Source: Mobula hypostoma (lineage: Eukaryota). From it: a DNA stretch of 64,000 nucleotides. The position numbers and the translations under genes are program-made. The stretch is taken from positions 164,300,001 to 164,364,000 of the forward strand of contig NC_086102.1 in the NCBI RefSeq assembly GCF_963921235.1, read 5' to 3'. The notes under the pieces were generated by a model, which did no database searches, had not been told where the DNA came from, and saw only the letters and a program-made list of their open reading frames with translations. How positions within the stretch are numbered: position 1 is the stretch's first letter; the number at the start of each line of letters is the position of its first letter. This document shows, piece by piece, positions 25,846 to 40,016 of the stretch.

Positions 25846-26950
25846 TCACATGTATCTATATACACCTACATCAGGATGCTGTTCATCATTTAATACCATC
25901 ATTCCCACAATCCTGATTGAGAAGTTGCAGAACCTGCTGCTCTGTACCTCCCTCTGCAATTGGATCCTCGACTTCCTAACTGGAAGACCACAATCTGTGC
26001 AGATTGGTGATAACATATCATCCTCGCTGATGATCAACACTGACGCACCTGAGGGGTGAGTGCTTAGCCCATTGCTCTACTTTCTATATACACATGACTG
26101 TGTGGCTAGGCATAGCTCAAATAACATCTATAAATTTGCTGATGATACAACCATTGTTGGTAGAATCTCAGGTGGTGGTGAGAGGGCGTACAGGAGTGAG
26201 ATATGCCAACTAGGGAAATGGTGCTACAGCAACAACCTGGCACTCAATGGCAGTAAAACAAAAGAGCTAATTTTGGACTTCCAGAAGGGTAAGACGAAGG
26301 AACACATAACCAATCCTCATAGAGGGATCGGAAGCGGAGAGAGTGAGCAGCTTCAAGTTTATGGGTGTCAAGATCTCTGAGGATCTAACCTGGTCTCAAT
26401 GTAGTTATAAAGAAGGCTAAACGGTGGTTATACTTTATTAGGAGTTTGAAGAAATTTGGCAAGTTAACAAGTACACTCAAAAACTTCTCTAGTTGTACCA
26501 TGGAGAGCATTCTGACAGGCTGCATCACTGTCTGGTATGGGGGTGGGGGTTCCTACTGCACAGGACTGAAATAAACCACAGAAGGTTGTAAATCTAGTCA
26601 GCTCCATCTTGGGCACTAGCCTACAAAGTACTCAGGACATCTTTAGGGAGCAGTGTCTCAGAAAGGCAGCGTCCATTATTAAGTGGTTGGGCCCGGCAGG
26701 CTGATAGTAATGTACACTCTTATGAACTTAAAAAACTTAACCATCTCAACCTCATTACCATTGATACAGACTGGATAATGTGCACTACCCACCTTCCTGA
26801 AGTCAATGACCTTTGTTTTGCTGGCATTGAAGGAAAGATTATTATCACCATGTTACAAAGTTCTCTATCTTCTATCTTGTTCCCGTACTCTGACTCGCCA
26901 TTATTTGATAAGGTGTCATCTGCAAACTTGTAAATGGAGTCAGAGTTATC
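25846..26950. mobile_element. Rex1/Babar LINE RT fragments (plus 25846-26680; minus ~26690-26950)
   Basis: [20 protein letters not shown] and YKFADDTTIVG motifs. Confidence 0.85.
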
Positions 26951-28477
26951 TATCATTATAACTTGGGCAGTAATTCAACCTTAATTCATTGAGGAGTACA
27001 TATACCAGGAGCTGCAATAGGAATATCTAAAAATGGTTTGTCAATCTGGAACTATCTTCAGTAGAGAACTGTATGCATGATAAATAGTGAAAGCAATGTA
27101 CATTGGACAGCACTACGTAATCCCCCAATCAATGAAACTGACCACAGTCCTACCATACGGTCATGAATGGTCTAATGGGTCAGTTGAATGAGGCAGCTTT
27201 AAAACCTACAAATACCAAGTGATCCATTGTGACTTCTTCCTGGGGACTCTACTCTCAAAAATATCAATTTCCCAGGAATATATTTCATCCATGTGGTTTC
27301 AAGGAATGGCTAAGATAATTGGTTATAAAGCAAAAGCTAAGCTTCTGATAATATTTGTTTGCAATGTGAAGATGTGTTCCAGTTAAAAGACGGAATTCTA
27401 GTTAAGCTGCTGAGTACAACTTAATACTGGCATCTAACCAACAATATCTAAAATTACCCAGGTACGACTGGTCATAAAAAGCGGAACCAATTCCATCGGT
27501 TGAATGAGAGACCATTGATGTATTCTTCAGCACTTTCCAACATTTTCTGTTCACACGATATATGGTAAGTAACCTTTGTGACATTCAATAACAATGGCCA
27601 TCCCAAATAAGAAAACATCTAATTATCAATCCTTCATATTCAGTGATATTACTATCATGAACTTCAATGTCATCCACCTCATGAGAGTCACAAATGGTCA
27701 GAAACCTAATCTGACCAGTCAGATAAATTCAGGGACTCCAAGAGTAAGTCAGAGACTGGTGGCTCACCTCTGATTCATCAAGCTTTTCCATATCTATAAA
27801 AATACTTGATGTATGTTTTGGAAATCTCCTCTTGCCTGGTTAAGTGTGGAAATAATATTACACCAAATAAAAAGGCACCAGTCTTCCATCCTTAATGTTC
27901 ACACCCTTCAGTACTATTGCACTTCTACTAAGGCCTCTTCAACTGCATCTCCCAAACCTGAAGGCATCACCCTAACCTGAACTGCAAGGATATAAAAATA
28001 CTCATTACATGGAAGGGATGAGGGACTGCTCTACTGGTAGCCATCTTGGATTTGATGAGGTGAATGGCCTCCTACTATGTTTCCATTGTTATTGCATGAG
28101 TGAAGTCACCAGAGAAAGTTCCTGGTAGATACAAAGCAGCTTCTTTATTAGACAAAACATGATACAGCAGGCATCGTATGGAGACGCTTTCAATGGAAAG
28201 GTCTCACTGGCCCAACGTAGGGCTCGATATTATATGTGCCGAACGTCAAAGGACAACCCCATATTTACAATTTATGGAAAGTGCTTTCTTTGACCTTCAC
28301 ACCCCCTGATTCACACCCACACCACAGACATCCAAATGAATTTCTATCAGCATTGTTTGAACTGGGATTCACAGCTTTTAGGAACCCAGTGTTAAGAGCT
28401 GCACTCCAAATTAAATGCACAATACATTTTCAGATGTGAAGACTGAAAGTCAACTGCTAAATGTATATGCCCTAAAC

Positions 28478-29232
28478 CAGGGGTCCCCAACCTTTTTTGC
28501 ACCGCGGACCGGTTTAATATTGACAATATTCTTGCGGACTGGCCGACAGAGGGTGGGGCGGTGTTCAAGTAGGGTTAAACTCATCTCAAAATGTCTTTTA
28601 CAGTCAGGGTTGCCAACTTTCTCACTCCCAAATAAGGCACGAAAGTAGCAGTCAGATATGGGACTCTTGTGTTTACCCCGAGAAAGACTACCATGACCAT
28701 GAAGCCTTGCACGGGCACCTGTGTGTGCATGCGTGTACATGCCGATTTTTTTTCTACAAATTGGTTTGGTTTAATCTTCTCAACTCTGTTAAGTGAAACT
28801 ACACTGTACATACATTATTTCTACTTTATATAGGCTGTGTATTTATCATATCATTCCTGCTTTACTATATGTTAGTGTTATTTTAGGTTTTATGTGTTAT
28901 TTGGTATGATTTGGTAGGTTATTTTTTGGGTCTGGGAACGCTGAAAAATTTTTCCCATATAAATTAATGGTAATTGCTTCTTCGCTTTACACAATTTCCG
29001 CTTACAAACGGTTTCATAGGGATGCTCTACCTTAGCTGGGGAAATACGGGACAAGGGCAGTCCCATATGGGACAACCCAATTTAGCCCAATATACGGGAA
29101 CGGGACAGTTGGCAACCCTATGTTCAAATTCAACAGTACGTGACAGGGAATAAGGAAAGGTGCAGCTGACTGATATATTTTCCTCGCGGCCTGGTAGCAC
29201 ATGCTTTGCAGCCCGGTGGTTGGGGACCACTA
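28478..29232. mobile_element. Composite hAT MITE with nested inner elements
   Basis: TIR caggggtccccaacc / ggttggggaccacta; perfect 8-bp TSD ccctaaac (28470-28477, 29233-29240); inner agggttgccaact / agttggcaacccta pair. Confidence 0.85.
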
Positions 29233-30079
29233 CCCTAAACCCAAAAATCACTCTAACACCATAATAATCTTCTTCAAAGGCTTTCATATCACAAAGACAG
29301 GTAAATTTAGAGCTTAAAATTCCACTGGCAGACAAGCCACTAAGTTGCCAGGACTTGCCTCCAGAGCCTGTCAGTGCTCTGAGGCCTTATTCAATACTTA
29401 TTTGTATTGGCGATGCAAAGTGTAAAGAATGATAACTAAAATCAGATACAAACTGTGATTTTTTTTGACTCACACTAACTCGTTCCTTCAATAAAATAGT
29501 TTTGTTTTGTTTAGTTTCTACAAATTAAGTAAAGTCAGCCCACTGTGCTAGACAAGTCCTCTCAATTTGTTGACAGTTGCAGATGGAAGGAGCTTCACCA
29601 TATCAGCTCCAGTGGAGAATTGAATACGTTCCTTCCGACTTTTAAAAACCTTTCTTAGACCTTTAAGCCTGCTCAATCCTTCCTGCTGCCTGCATTGTCC
29701 TTCTAATTCTTTTGGGGTTTTTTGTGCAATCTTTTCCAGTATTTAAACAATAATTGACCTTGTTCCCAACAAAGACTTCCAAAAACGTTTCAGTGAATTT
29801 TACAGACTATAACCACTTTGGGAAATTTAACCAGATGTGATAAATCAAAAATATTTATTCACGTTTTTACAAAACGTTTTGAAACCACTTACCCATAATT
29901 TTTGATAAATAATATGAAATTCTTTCATATTTAATCTGCAAAAACATATTTTGAAGATTTTTTCCACAAAACTACCCACATAGCACAGATTGAACTGAGG
30001 AAAACCTTTACATATTTTTTCAATTCAAACAATTTCAGAATACTGAGTATTTTTTAATATTATTAAAACTTTAGCATTT

Positions 30080-30700
30080 GGCCTCCGAATACCGTAGAAC
30101 CAAGATATGGGGACATTACGTCCCGAAGTTGACCTTCGATGGTCTTTGTCCTATCCGGGTGATCGCCGGAGTACATTAACACGCCTGCGCCGCCGTAACA
30201 GGAGGCGCACCAAGTAATAACGAGACTGACTGCCATTTGTGCTGCTAACTTTTGAAAGAAAAACGTAACGTCGAGCGTTATCTACATATCTCGGCTAGTG
30301 ATCGTCTATCTATTCGGATTCCGCCATTATCATGTTTGCCTGCTCAAAAGTGTCGTGGTTGGCCGCGGCAGCGGTAAGTGATGATCGAATCGTTGCCCTA
30401 TCCTTGACCGACTGTCAGTGCCCGTTCCGTCGGCCTTGTACAATACAGTATTTCGATTCGGGAACTCTGCCCCTCGCTTCACCTCTTCGCTCTGAATGAA
30501 CAATGTACTCGGGCCTGGGATTTGAATTAGACCTCGATTAGGATTTTGAAACACGTTATTCAGTCAATATTGATTAATATTAATTAGTAAGAGAGGTTTC
30601 CGCATGACCGGGCGTTTGGGGAGGTTAACCATCTTGGCATTAACGAAGTGCCGCGGTAGCTGTAGGTCATTCGGCCTGGGTTTAGTACATTTAACTGGGA
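30080..30700 (+). promoter_or_regulatory. CpG-island promoter of the ATP5MC gene
   Basis: CpG-rich. Contains TGACCTTCG (ERR-like half site, ~30130), ACGCCTGCGC (NRF1-like, 30181) and GCCATTT/CCGCCATT (YY1-like, ~30232 and 30321), typical of OXPHOS promoters. Confidence 0.75.
30332..30373 (+). CDS. ATP5MC3: ATP synthase Fo subunit c (ATP5MC family), coding exon 1: MFACSKVSWLAAAA
   Basis: ATG at 30332, 14 codons, gtaagt donor at 30374 (phase 0); resembles MFACAKL... of ATP5MC3. Paralog number tentative. Confidence 0.85.
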
Positions 30701-30997
30701 CTCAACATTTGTCTGTCCTTGTAAGTAATTCGAAAAGTCATGCGAATTTTGTGTGTTTTGCGGTGTATTAGTGGCTGTCCAACATATACTAGAACGCAAA
30801 CATTTTACTTTTAATCATAATGAACTGATCGGATCTGCACCTATAAACTTGCAACACCGCCTCATGTTTAGTTCCAACACTTAATTTAACAATACATGCA
30901 GGAGTAGGCCATCTAGCTTCTTTTCAGCTCTGTCATTCAGTTTGGCACCATTAGCTCGACAAAATGAGCATTTGTTGAATAAAATTTTTTGAAAATA

Positions 30998-32072
30998 TAG
31001 AAAACCTACAGCACAATACAGGCCCTTTGGCCCACAAAATTGTGCCGAACATGTCCCTACCTTAGAAATTTCCAGGGTTACCCATAGCCTTCTATTTTTC
31101 TAAGCTCCATGTGCCTATCCAAAAGTCTCTTAAAAGACCGTACGTATCCGTCTCCACCACCGTTACCGGCAGCCCATTCCACGCACTCACCACTCTTTGC
31201 GTTTTAAAAAAAACTTACCCCTGATATCTCCTCTGTACCTACTCCCCAGCACATTAAACCTGTGCCCTCTTGTGGCAGCCATTTCAGCCCTGGGAAAAAG
31301 CCTTTGACTATCCACATGATCAATGCCTGTCATAATTTTATACGCCTTTATCAGGTCACCCCTCCAAGGAGAAAAGGCCGAGTTCACTCACATAAGGCAT
31401 GCTCCCCAATCCAGGCAACATCCTTGTAAATCTCTGCACCCTTTCTATGGTTTCCACTTCCTTCCTGTAGTGAGGCAACCAGAACTGAGCACAGTACTCC
31501 AAGTGGGGTCCTATATAGCTGCAACATTACCTCTCTGCTCCTAAATTCAATTCCACGATTGATGAAGGCCAATACACCGTATGCCTTAACCACAGAGTCA
31601 ACCTGCACAGCTGCTTTGAGCATCCTATGGACTTGGACCCCAAGAGCCCTCTGATCCTACACACTGCCAAGAGTCTTACCATTAATACGATATTCTGCCA
31701 TCATATTTGACCTACCAAAATGAACTGCTTCACACTTATCTGGGTTGAACTCCATCTGCCACTTCTCAGCCCAGTTTTGCATCCTATCAATGTCCCGCTG
31801 TAACCTCCGACAGCCCTCCACACTATCCACAACACCCCCAACCTTTGTGTCATCCGCAAACTTACTAACCCAGCCCTCCACTTTCTCATCCAGGTCATCT
31901 ATGAAAATCACGAAGAGTAAGGGTCCCAGAACATACCCCTGAGGCACACCACCGGTCACCGGCCTCCATGCAGAATATGACCTGTCTACAACCACTCTTT
32001 GCCTTCTGTGTGCAAGCCAGTTCTAGATCCACAAAGCAATGTCCCCTTGGATCCCATGCCTCCTTACTTTCT
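30998..32072 (-). mobile_element. CR1 3' part in ATP5MC intron 1
   Basis: GVPQGYVLGPLLF and KFADDTKVGG motifs; 3' tail at left end. Confidence 0.92.
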
Positions 32073-32183
32073 CAAGTAATCTGCATATTAGTTCCAAGAA
32101 ATGAATACATCGTCTTGCTGAGTCATTTAAAAAATGTTGACAAAGTCATTCAGAGTTTTTTTTGTCTTTTTTTTTCTAACTAG

Positions 32184-32261
32184 GTTCGCAATGGAGCCGC
32201 ACCTCTTTCTAGACCACTTTCTGTGTCATTGATGTACAAACCAGAGGGTCAGTCTGGAAAA
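32184..32261 (+). CDS. ATP5MC3: ATP5MC coding exon 2: VRNGAAPLSRPLSVSLMYKPEGQSGK (mitochondrial presequence)
   Basis: Polypyrimidine tract and ctaactag acceptor, 78 nt open frame, gtaggt donor; aligns with the IR.GS...RP.S.S.L.RPE presequence exon of ATP5MC genes. Confidence 0.88.
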
Positions 32262-32599
32262 GTAGGTTTACAAGCTTTATTATTCGTATGATGTTTAGAC
32301 CTGAATGGTCATGACCTATACTATATTTTTAAAACATCATATACAAAATCATGAACCTCACTTTTAACCCGCTACTCCCACCCAACTTTCTAGTTTCTCA
32401 TATCTCAACTAACTGTATCCATTGGTTGCATTATCTGATACTTTATTTATGTGACATCTAACCCCTGCAAAATGGTTTGAAACTCAAAAGTGCCTTAGTT
32501 CTAAGCTGCAGCTCTGAGGCTAAAGCAGACCATAAACAAAGTTGGCCCAAAACTAAGCTATTCATCTCATATTTTTTTTCTCTATTCCTGAGCCCATTG

Positions 32600-32905
32600 C
32601 TTCCAATAATGATGCAATCAATGCTATCACACACTCCTTTCCTATCAGATTCCAGCAACATCAGCTCTCTGCATCCTCCATCTCTGACTTCCCAGCCTCT
32701 CAATTTCCACTCTTCCCTTCTCAGTCTGTCTATCATTCTTCCTCACCTGAGTCTACCTACTGCTTGCCATTTCTTGCTCCACTCCACTTTATACTGGCCA
32801 ACTCTGCTCTACTCTCAGTCCAGGTGAACAGCCTTGAACCAGAATATCAACTCATCTATTTCCCTCTACAATGCTGCCTGACCCAATGAGTTCCTCCAGC
32901 ACTTG
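32600..32905 (+). mobile_element. Degraded Penelope terminal region in ATP5MC intron
   Basis: Pyrimidine-rich tract ending atgctgcctgaccc..tgagttcctccagca. Confidence 0.6.
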
Positions 32906-34368
32906 CCTGTTATTTGAACCCTCAAACACAACTTTGTTTTCTTTAGATAAAGATTTCTTTAGATTAAATTATTCCAGTGCTTTCCTGACTTTTCACTTTT
33001 ATAAATGAGCTGCTCCAACATTCAATTATCTGCGTCCTAACTCACATGAAGTTTCATTCACCCTTCATCCCTTGTGTTTAGCAATAAATGTGAGTTCCTT
33101 GTGTGGCAGCATTGTGATTATTAAAATTTGCAGCTTGGCTTTGCTCCTCTCTATCTCCATAATTTGATTTAGTCCGTAACATTTTTGTGGGCCTCCATTT
33201 CAGGTAGATTACCTATCCCAGGGTTTGTTTGCTCTATCATTGGCCACAAACTGTGTTGCTTGGGTCCTAAACCCCTTTGCTTTTTCACAACAATTCTTAA
33301 AACCTACCTCTCATGACCAAGGTTTTGTTCATCTGTCAACGATTATTTCATGTAATTGCAGGTAATTCGGTGATGTCCCTTGAAGAGTTTAATATCATTC
33401 TGTTTGTATTTGAACAATATCCAGGATTTGATGTGGGTAAATTTGACAGTAGAACTGACATAGTTGAAAATTTCTACCTGGGCACAGGATTTGGGGATGG
33501 CAAAGTCAGTTGAACCTGCCAAATCCTACTGAAAAGTCTTATGATTTTTGTCTAAACATCCTGTCCCACTCACAAGATATATCAGAGGTAAAGACACATG
33601 TCACAGTTGCATGCCTTTGGGTGTACTCAGCTCTGTTTTCAGACCTGATGAAGTCTCAAGGTTCTGTGTAGAACAAAGACAACAAAATCTGATTATTACG
33701 ATTTTGTGTAATAAATCAGGAGTTTTCCATGATTAGTAACACATAGAACAAGATATGAGATTAGCAACTGCATAAAGTATACTATGGATAGAAGAGTTTA
33801 ATACCCATTGTCAAGAGTAGCCAGATAGAAACTCTACTAAGTAAGCTGGCTGACTCTGAACTGACGCAGGATAAACCTACCAGTTGCAGATTAATCTGTC
33901 CATGACAAATTTGATAGTGATTTTTGTCCTTGTAGAGACAAAGTCACATTCATACCAAGAACATATTACTTTGCGGAAAACTAAATGCGATGAATTCGGA
34001 ATGGGTGTCATTTCAATACTGTTCTGATTGGATGCTTAATCTCGGTTTCTTCCTGTGGTCTCCATTACTAGAGAAGACAGTCATTAGCCAAATTTGTGCT
34101 AGTCAAGGTAGAATTAGGCAGATTACAATATCAACGAACCTTGGTAAACTTGAAATCAATTAAGTTTGGGGGCATGTACTTTTCTTTAAGCTAGGTAGGT
34201 GTAATTCCTCTGAATAATCTCTGAGGTTCAAATGTCCTTTGTGGATGTTTCAATATCAATTCATGTATTAAAAGTACAGAAATGGTCAGTCATAAATGTG
34301 GATATGGATGTGTTACTCCCAACAATACTCAAATAATGTTTTATAACTCAAAAGAAACAATAAACTAA

Positions 34369-34605
<237 letters not shown>

Positions 34606-34759
34606 TAATATTAATCAACAAAATGCTCAGGTTCCAGATTATTGTGAAGAAAAATTGCATTATAATATAAACTATAAGGGTACTATCAACATGCTTTTTT
34701 AAACTGATCCTTATGTGTATAACATTAAAATAATGTTACAAAGCAGACCACCAAAAATA

Positions 34760-35272
34760 CGAGATGTGATTGATAAGTTCGTGGCCTAAGGTAGGAGGAG
34801 TCAAATTTAGAAAACCTAGCACATTTATTTTTCAACATAGTCCCCTCCTTCATTTACACACTTAGTCCAGCAGCCGTGGAGCATACGGATCCCTTCTTTG
34901 TAGAAGTCAGCGTCTTGGACCTCCAGAAAGTGGTCCACAGCAGGGATGATCGATAAGCTCGTGGCCTAAGGTAGAAGGAGATGAGTTATACAGCTCTCGT
35001 TGCATGCACATGCAGTTCAACTATTTGAGTGATTATGCAGAAAGTTTGAAGTTAGTAACTCATCTCCTTCTACCTTAGGCCACGAATTTATCAATCACCC
35101 CTGCTGTGGACCACTTTCTGGAGGTCCAAGATGCCGACTTCTACAAAGAAGGGATCTGTATGCTCCACGAGTGTGTAAATGTAGGAGGGGACTATGTTGA
35201 AAAATAAATGTGCTAGGTTTTCTAAAATTGACTCCTCCTACCTTAGGCCACGAACTTATCAATCACTCCTCG
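34760..35272. mobile_element. Palindromic mariner-derived MITE
   Basis: TA TSDs (34758-59, 35273-74); nearly the whole element is an inverted repeat; mariner C-terminus DFYKEGI..L...CVNVGGDYVEK* at ~35136-35208. Confidence 0.9.
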
Positions 35273-35339
35273 TACTGTCAATTATATATTCTGAGCTCCA
35301 AAATGTTGTTGAAGCTTGGTGCCCACAGGTCGTGGTATA

Positions 35340-38300
35340 TTGCTGGTTCAGAATCAAGTTCAATATTACTGGCATATGTCTTTTGTTTTACAGCAGTGGT
35401 ACATTGCGATACATAACTATAAATTACAGGAAGTACTGTATATAGGAAGAGAGTAAAAAATAGGAAATTCATAAGTCTGATGGCCAAGCGAAGCTGTTCC
35501 TGAATCATGGTTCTAATGGCTCCTATGCCGCCTCCGTGATAGCAATGAGAAGAGGGCACATCCTGAGTAATGAGGTCATTAATGATGGATGCCACCTTCT
35601 TGAGGCATTGCCTTTCGAAGGTGTCCTCGATGCTGGGGAGGCTAGTGCCCATGATGGAGTTGGCTGAGTTTACAACTTTCTGCAGCTTTTTCCAATCCTG
35701 CGCAGTGGTTTCTGCACACCTGATGGTGATGTAACTAGTTTGAACGTTCTCCATAGCGCATCTGTAGAAATTTGCAAGTATCTTTGGTGACATATCAATT
35801 CTCCTCAAACTCAAAATGAAATATAGCAGCTGTCATGACTTCTTTGTAATTGTATCAATATATTGGGCCCAGTATAGATCTTCAGAGATGTTGAGACCCA
35901 GTATCTTGAAATTGCTCACCCTTTCCACTTCTGACCCCTCGATGAGGACTGGTTTGTTTCCCTCAACCTCCCCTTCCTGAATCAATTCGCGGCAGTGGTG
36001 TTTTGAGAAGCAGCCAATCAGTGATCGGAATTGACTGGCACGAACAAATTAAAATAAGGCAGGGGCAAGCGGAGTGGCCATTGTTGGAGTGGACAGTGTT
36101 AAAGAGTGGGGATTTTGAGGCTTCAATGAGGAGAGGCTTGAGTGAAAAAAGGCAAAAAAGCTGTAGGTAGATTTTTTTTCTCCCCATTTACTAGTTAGTT
36201 TTCCTTCTTTATATTTGTACAGTTAGAACTGTAAGGGTCCCGGGAAGATAGTTCAATGCTTCTCTTGCGGGATGTGAGAAGGCAGAGAGACCTCCAGTGT
36301 CCCTGATGACTTAACCTGAAAGAAGTGCATCCACCAACAGCTTCTCACACTATACGTTAAGCAGTTGGAGCTGGAAATGGATGAATTCCAGATCGTTTGG
36401 GAGGCTGAGGGGGTAATAGATATATGACATATAGAGTGGTACTTACACCCAAGGTGCAGGATACTGGAGACTGGGTAACAAAAAGGGGAAAGAAGTTAAA
36501 CAACCAGTGCAGAGTACCCCTGTGGCCATCCTCCTCGACAATAGGTTGGATACTGTTGGGGGTTGACCTAGCGAAGGGGAGAGAAGAGGCAAGTGTGGTG
36601 ATAGGGGACTCGTTAAGGGAACAGAAAGGAGGTTCTGTGGACGAAAATGAGATTCCCACATGGTATATTGCCTCCAGGGTGCCAGGGTCTGGAATATCTC
36701 TGATCAAGTCCTCCGCATTTTTAAGTGGCAGGATGAGCAGCCAGAGGTCATAGTCCATGTAGGTACTGATGACATGGGTTGGAAGATTGACGAGGTTCTG
36801 CAAACTGAGTTCAGGGAGTTGAGTGCTAAGTTAAAAGGCTGGACTTCCAGGGTTGTGATCTCAGGGTTGCTACTGATGCCATGTGCTACTGAGGTTAGAA
36901 ATAGGAAGAGTGGCCATTGTTGGAGTGGACAGTTGACAAGGCCCTGCATGGGAGGTTGGTCAAAATGGTTCAGTTGCTCAGCATTCAAGATGAGGTTGGG
37001 TGGGACTACAACTAGAGATCACGGGTTAAGGGTGAAAAGTTTAAGGGGAACATGAGGGGAACTTCTTCACTCAGGATCGCGAAAGTGTGGAATGAGCTGC
37101 CAGTGAGGTGGTGCATGCAAGCTCAATTTCAAGATTTAAGTTAAGTTTGGATAGGTATATGGATGGTAGGGGTATGGAGGGTTACGGTTCGTGTGCAGGT
37201 CAATTGGATTAGGCAGTTTAAGTGGTTTGGCATGGACAAGATGGGCCAAAGGGGTTGATTCTGTGCTGCACTTTTTATGGCTCTATGACTCTTCACATTT
37301 AATTCCTTGATCTTACTGACATTGAGTGGAAAGTTGTTGCTGCAACACCACTCAAGCAGCTGATCTGTTCTACTTCCTTGTCACCATTTGAGCTTTGCCT
37401 AGCCACACAATTGTGGGTGTAGAGAGGGTAGAGCATTGGGCTGGGCATGCATTCTTGAGGAACGCCAGTGTTGACTGTCAGCGAGGAAGAGATGTTATTT
37501 CCAATCTGTACAGGCTATGGTTGCCCATTATGTCAGTCAAGGATCCATTTGCAGAGGGAGGTACAGATGGCCAATTTTAGAGCTTGTTGATTAGAACTGG
37601 GTGTGTGATTGTGTTTTAGTCATAGTCATACTTTATTGATCCTGGGGGAAATTGGTTTTTGTTACAGTTGCACATAAATAATTAAATAGTAATATGTAAA
37701 TGTTGAGCAGTAGTCAATAATCAGCAGCCTAACATGGGTATTACAATTGTCCAGGTGATGCAAGGCCAAGTGGAGAGCATGTGAGATCCCATGCACTGAG
37801 ACCTATTGTGGCAATAGGAAAATTGCAGCGGGTCCAGGATTCTGCTTCAGCAGTTGATTCTGGCCATGACCAACTCTCAAAACACTTCATCACAGTAGAA
37901 GCGAGTGCACTGGGTGATGGTCATTGAGGCAGCTCACCCTGCTCTTCTTGGGTGCTGGTATGATTGTCACCCTTTTGAAGTAGGTGGGAACCTACGACTG
38001 CAGCAGTGAGAGATTGAAAATGTCCTTGAACACTCTCAACAGTTGGTTGGCATGGGTTTTCAGAGCCCTACCAGGTACACCATCAGGGCCTGACACCTTG
38101 TGAGGGTTTATCCTCTTGAAAGCTGTTCTGACATTGGCTTCTGGGACCGATATCACCAGATGCTGCAGGGACTTGCGCAGGTGTGGTTTTATTCTCCCTT
38201 TCAAAGCATGCATAAAATGCATTGAGCTCATCTGGGAGTGAAGCATCATGGCCATTCATGGTTAGGTTTTGCTTTGCAGGAAGTAATGACCTACAAACCC

Positions 38301-39470
38301 TGCCAGAGTTGACATGCATCCGATTCTGTCTGTAAACTCAATCAGAATTGTTTATTCACCCTTAAAATAACCTTCCGTAGGTCGTACCTGGACCTCGTAA
38401 AGTTCTAGATCACTGGTCTTGAATGCCATAGACCAGGAATCTCCTGGTTGATCCACAGCTTTTGGTTTGGGTATATCTAGTGTGTTCTTGAAGACACAGA
38501 CTCATCTACATAGATTTTGATGAAGTCAGTGATAACTGTGGCATATTCTTTCAGATTCCAGTGAATCCCTGAATATCATCCAGACCACTGACTCAAGCAG
38601 TCTTGTAAGTGCTTCTCTGTCTCCCTTGAATGTACCTTCTTGGTCCTCACCACTGGTGCTGCCATCTTTAGTCTCTCTCTATACACTGGGAATAGAAGTA
38701 CAACCAGATGATTGGACTTGCCAAAACATGGGCATGGGATGGCACAGTAAGCATTCTTGTTGGTAGTACAACAATGGTCAGGTGTTATCTCTTCTGGTTC
38801 CACAGGTGAGATGTTGGTTGTTGTTGTTGTTCAGAGACTTTTTCAAGCTGGCCTGGTTGAAGGCATCAGAGTGCACAGTTTCGTGCCTCCTGATTACATT
38901 CTCAGCTCCTTCAGTGCCTGCTTGATGTTGGCCTGAGGTGGAATGTACATCGCTTCCAGGATGACGGCAGAAAACATCCTCAGCAGATAAAACGGATGAC
39001 ATTTGACCTCTGATGTCAGGTCACATGAGCAGAACCAAGACAGATTTATGCACCATGATGAGTTAATCATAAAAAATACTCTTCCTCCTCTGCCTTTTAA
39101 AAGACTGAGCTGTCCTGTCTTTACAGAGAATGATGAAACCATCAGGCTGCAGCACTGTGCCCAATATGGCGTGGGTAGCCATGTTTCTGTGAAGCAAAGT
39201 ACACAGCAATCCCTGAAGTCTGGTGCAGCAATCTTGCTCTGAGGTCTTCAATTTTATTTTCCAGAGACTGTATATTCACCAGCAAGATAGTTGGGAGTGG
39301 AAGTCTAAAGCTTCTGCATTTCAATTGTACTTGTAGGCTGGCAGGGCATCCCCACTTCCATTTTCTTAAAGGAGAAGTACATTCGCAACCTATGTCTGCC
39401 ATCTGAGGTATCGTTTTTTGAGTATCATTGGATGTTTTAAACACCTTAAAGCGATGCTGCTTACTGAAGT
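35340..39470 (-). mobile_element. Near full-length degraded Rex1/Babar LINE (EN and RT), interrupted
   Basis: LPTILLVNIQSLENK, YIPPQAN, FGKSNH, GPDGVPGRALK and C-terminal LRR....PKILANFYRC motifs in order. Confidence 0.85.
35985..37292 (+). mobile_element. Internally deleted CR1 (5'UTR, ORF1 esterase relic, 3' end) inserted in Rex1
   Basis: CLQGARV...PEVIVHVGTDD (SGNH-type ORF1); ctctatgactct tail. Confidence 0.8.
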
Positions 39471-40016
39471 ATCCGTGACTGTGACTGGATTTCAGCTGTA
39501 GAGGTTCTAAATGGGAATATTTGATGATTCTCATCAAAGCTGCACACAAGTCTCCACTTAATGACACCATTCTACTGGAAATATTTATTTGAACCACTAT
39601 TTGAATACAGGAGATTGTAACAAATTGCAGTGTTTTTCTTGATGACATAGGATTTGTTTTGGTGCTATATGTGAATGTAACTTTATAACTGACCCACTTA
39701 AAGTAATTTAATATTGAAGTAATGAGAACTAGTATAGTTATGAGCTGGATGTTACCAAGGCATTGTAACTCCTACTAAGATGGTTCAAGTTTATGATTAC
39801 AAACTTTTTAAAATATAACTAACTAGTATGTCTAGCAGTGAAACGTAATTACATTACTATTGGGATATTTGCTTTGATTACGGGCCCAAACAATTGGTAA
39901 AACATTGAAATTTTAATCATTAAATTTAAATTTAAATGTGTATGTGTTACCAGTAATGTAAAGCTGATAGTAGTTGTGTAGGTAAAAAGTGTAAGGTAAA
40001 ATTAATAAAAATATAT

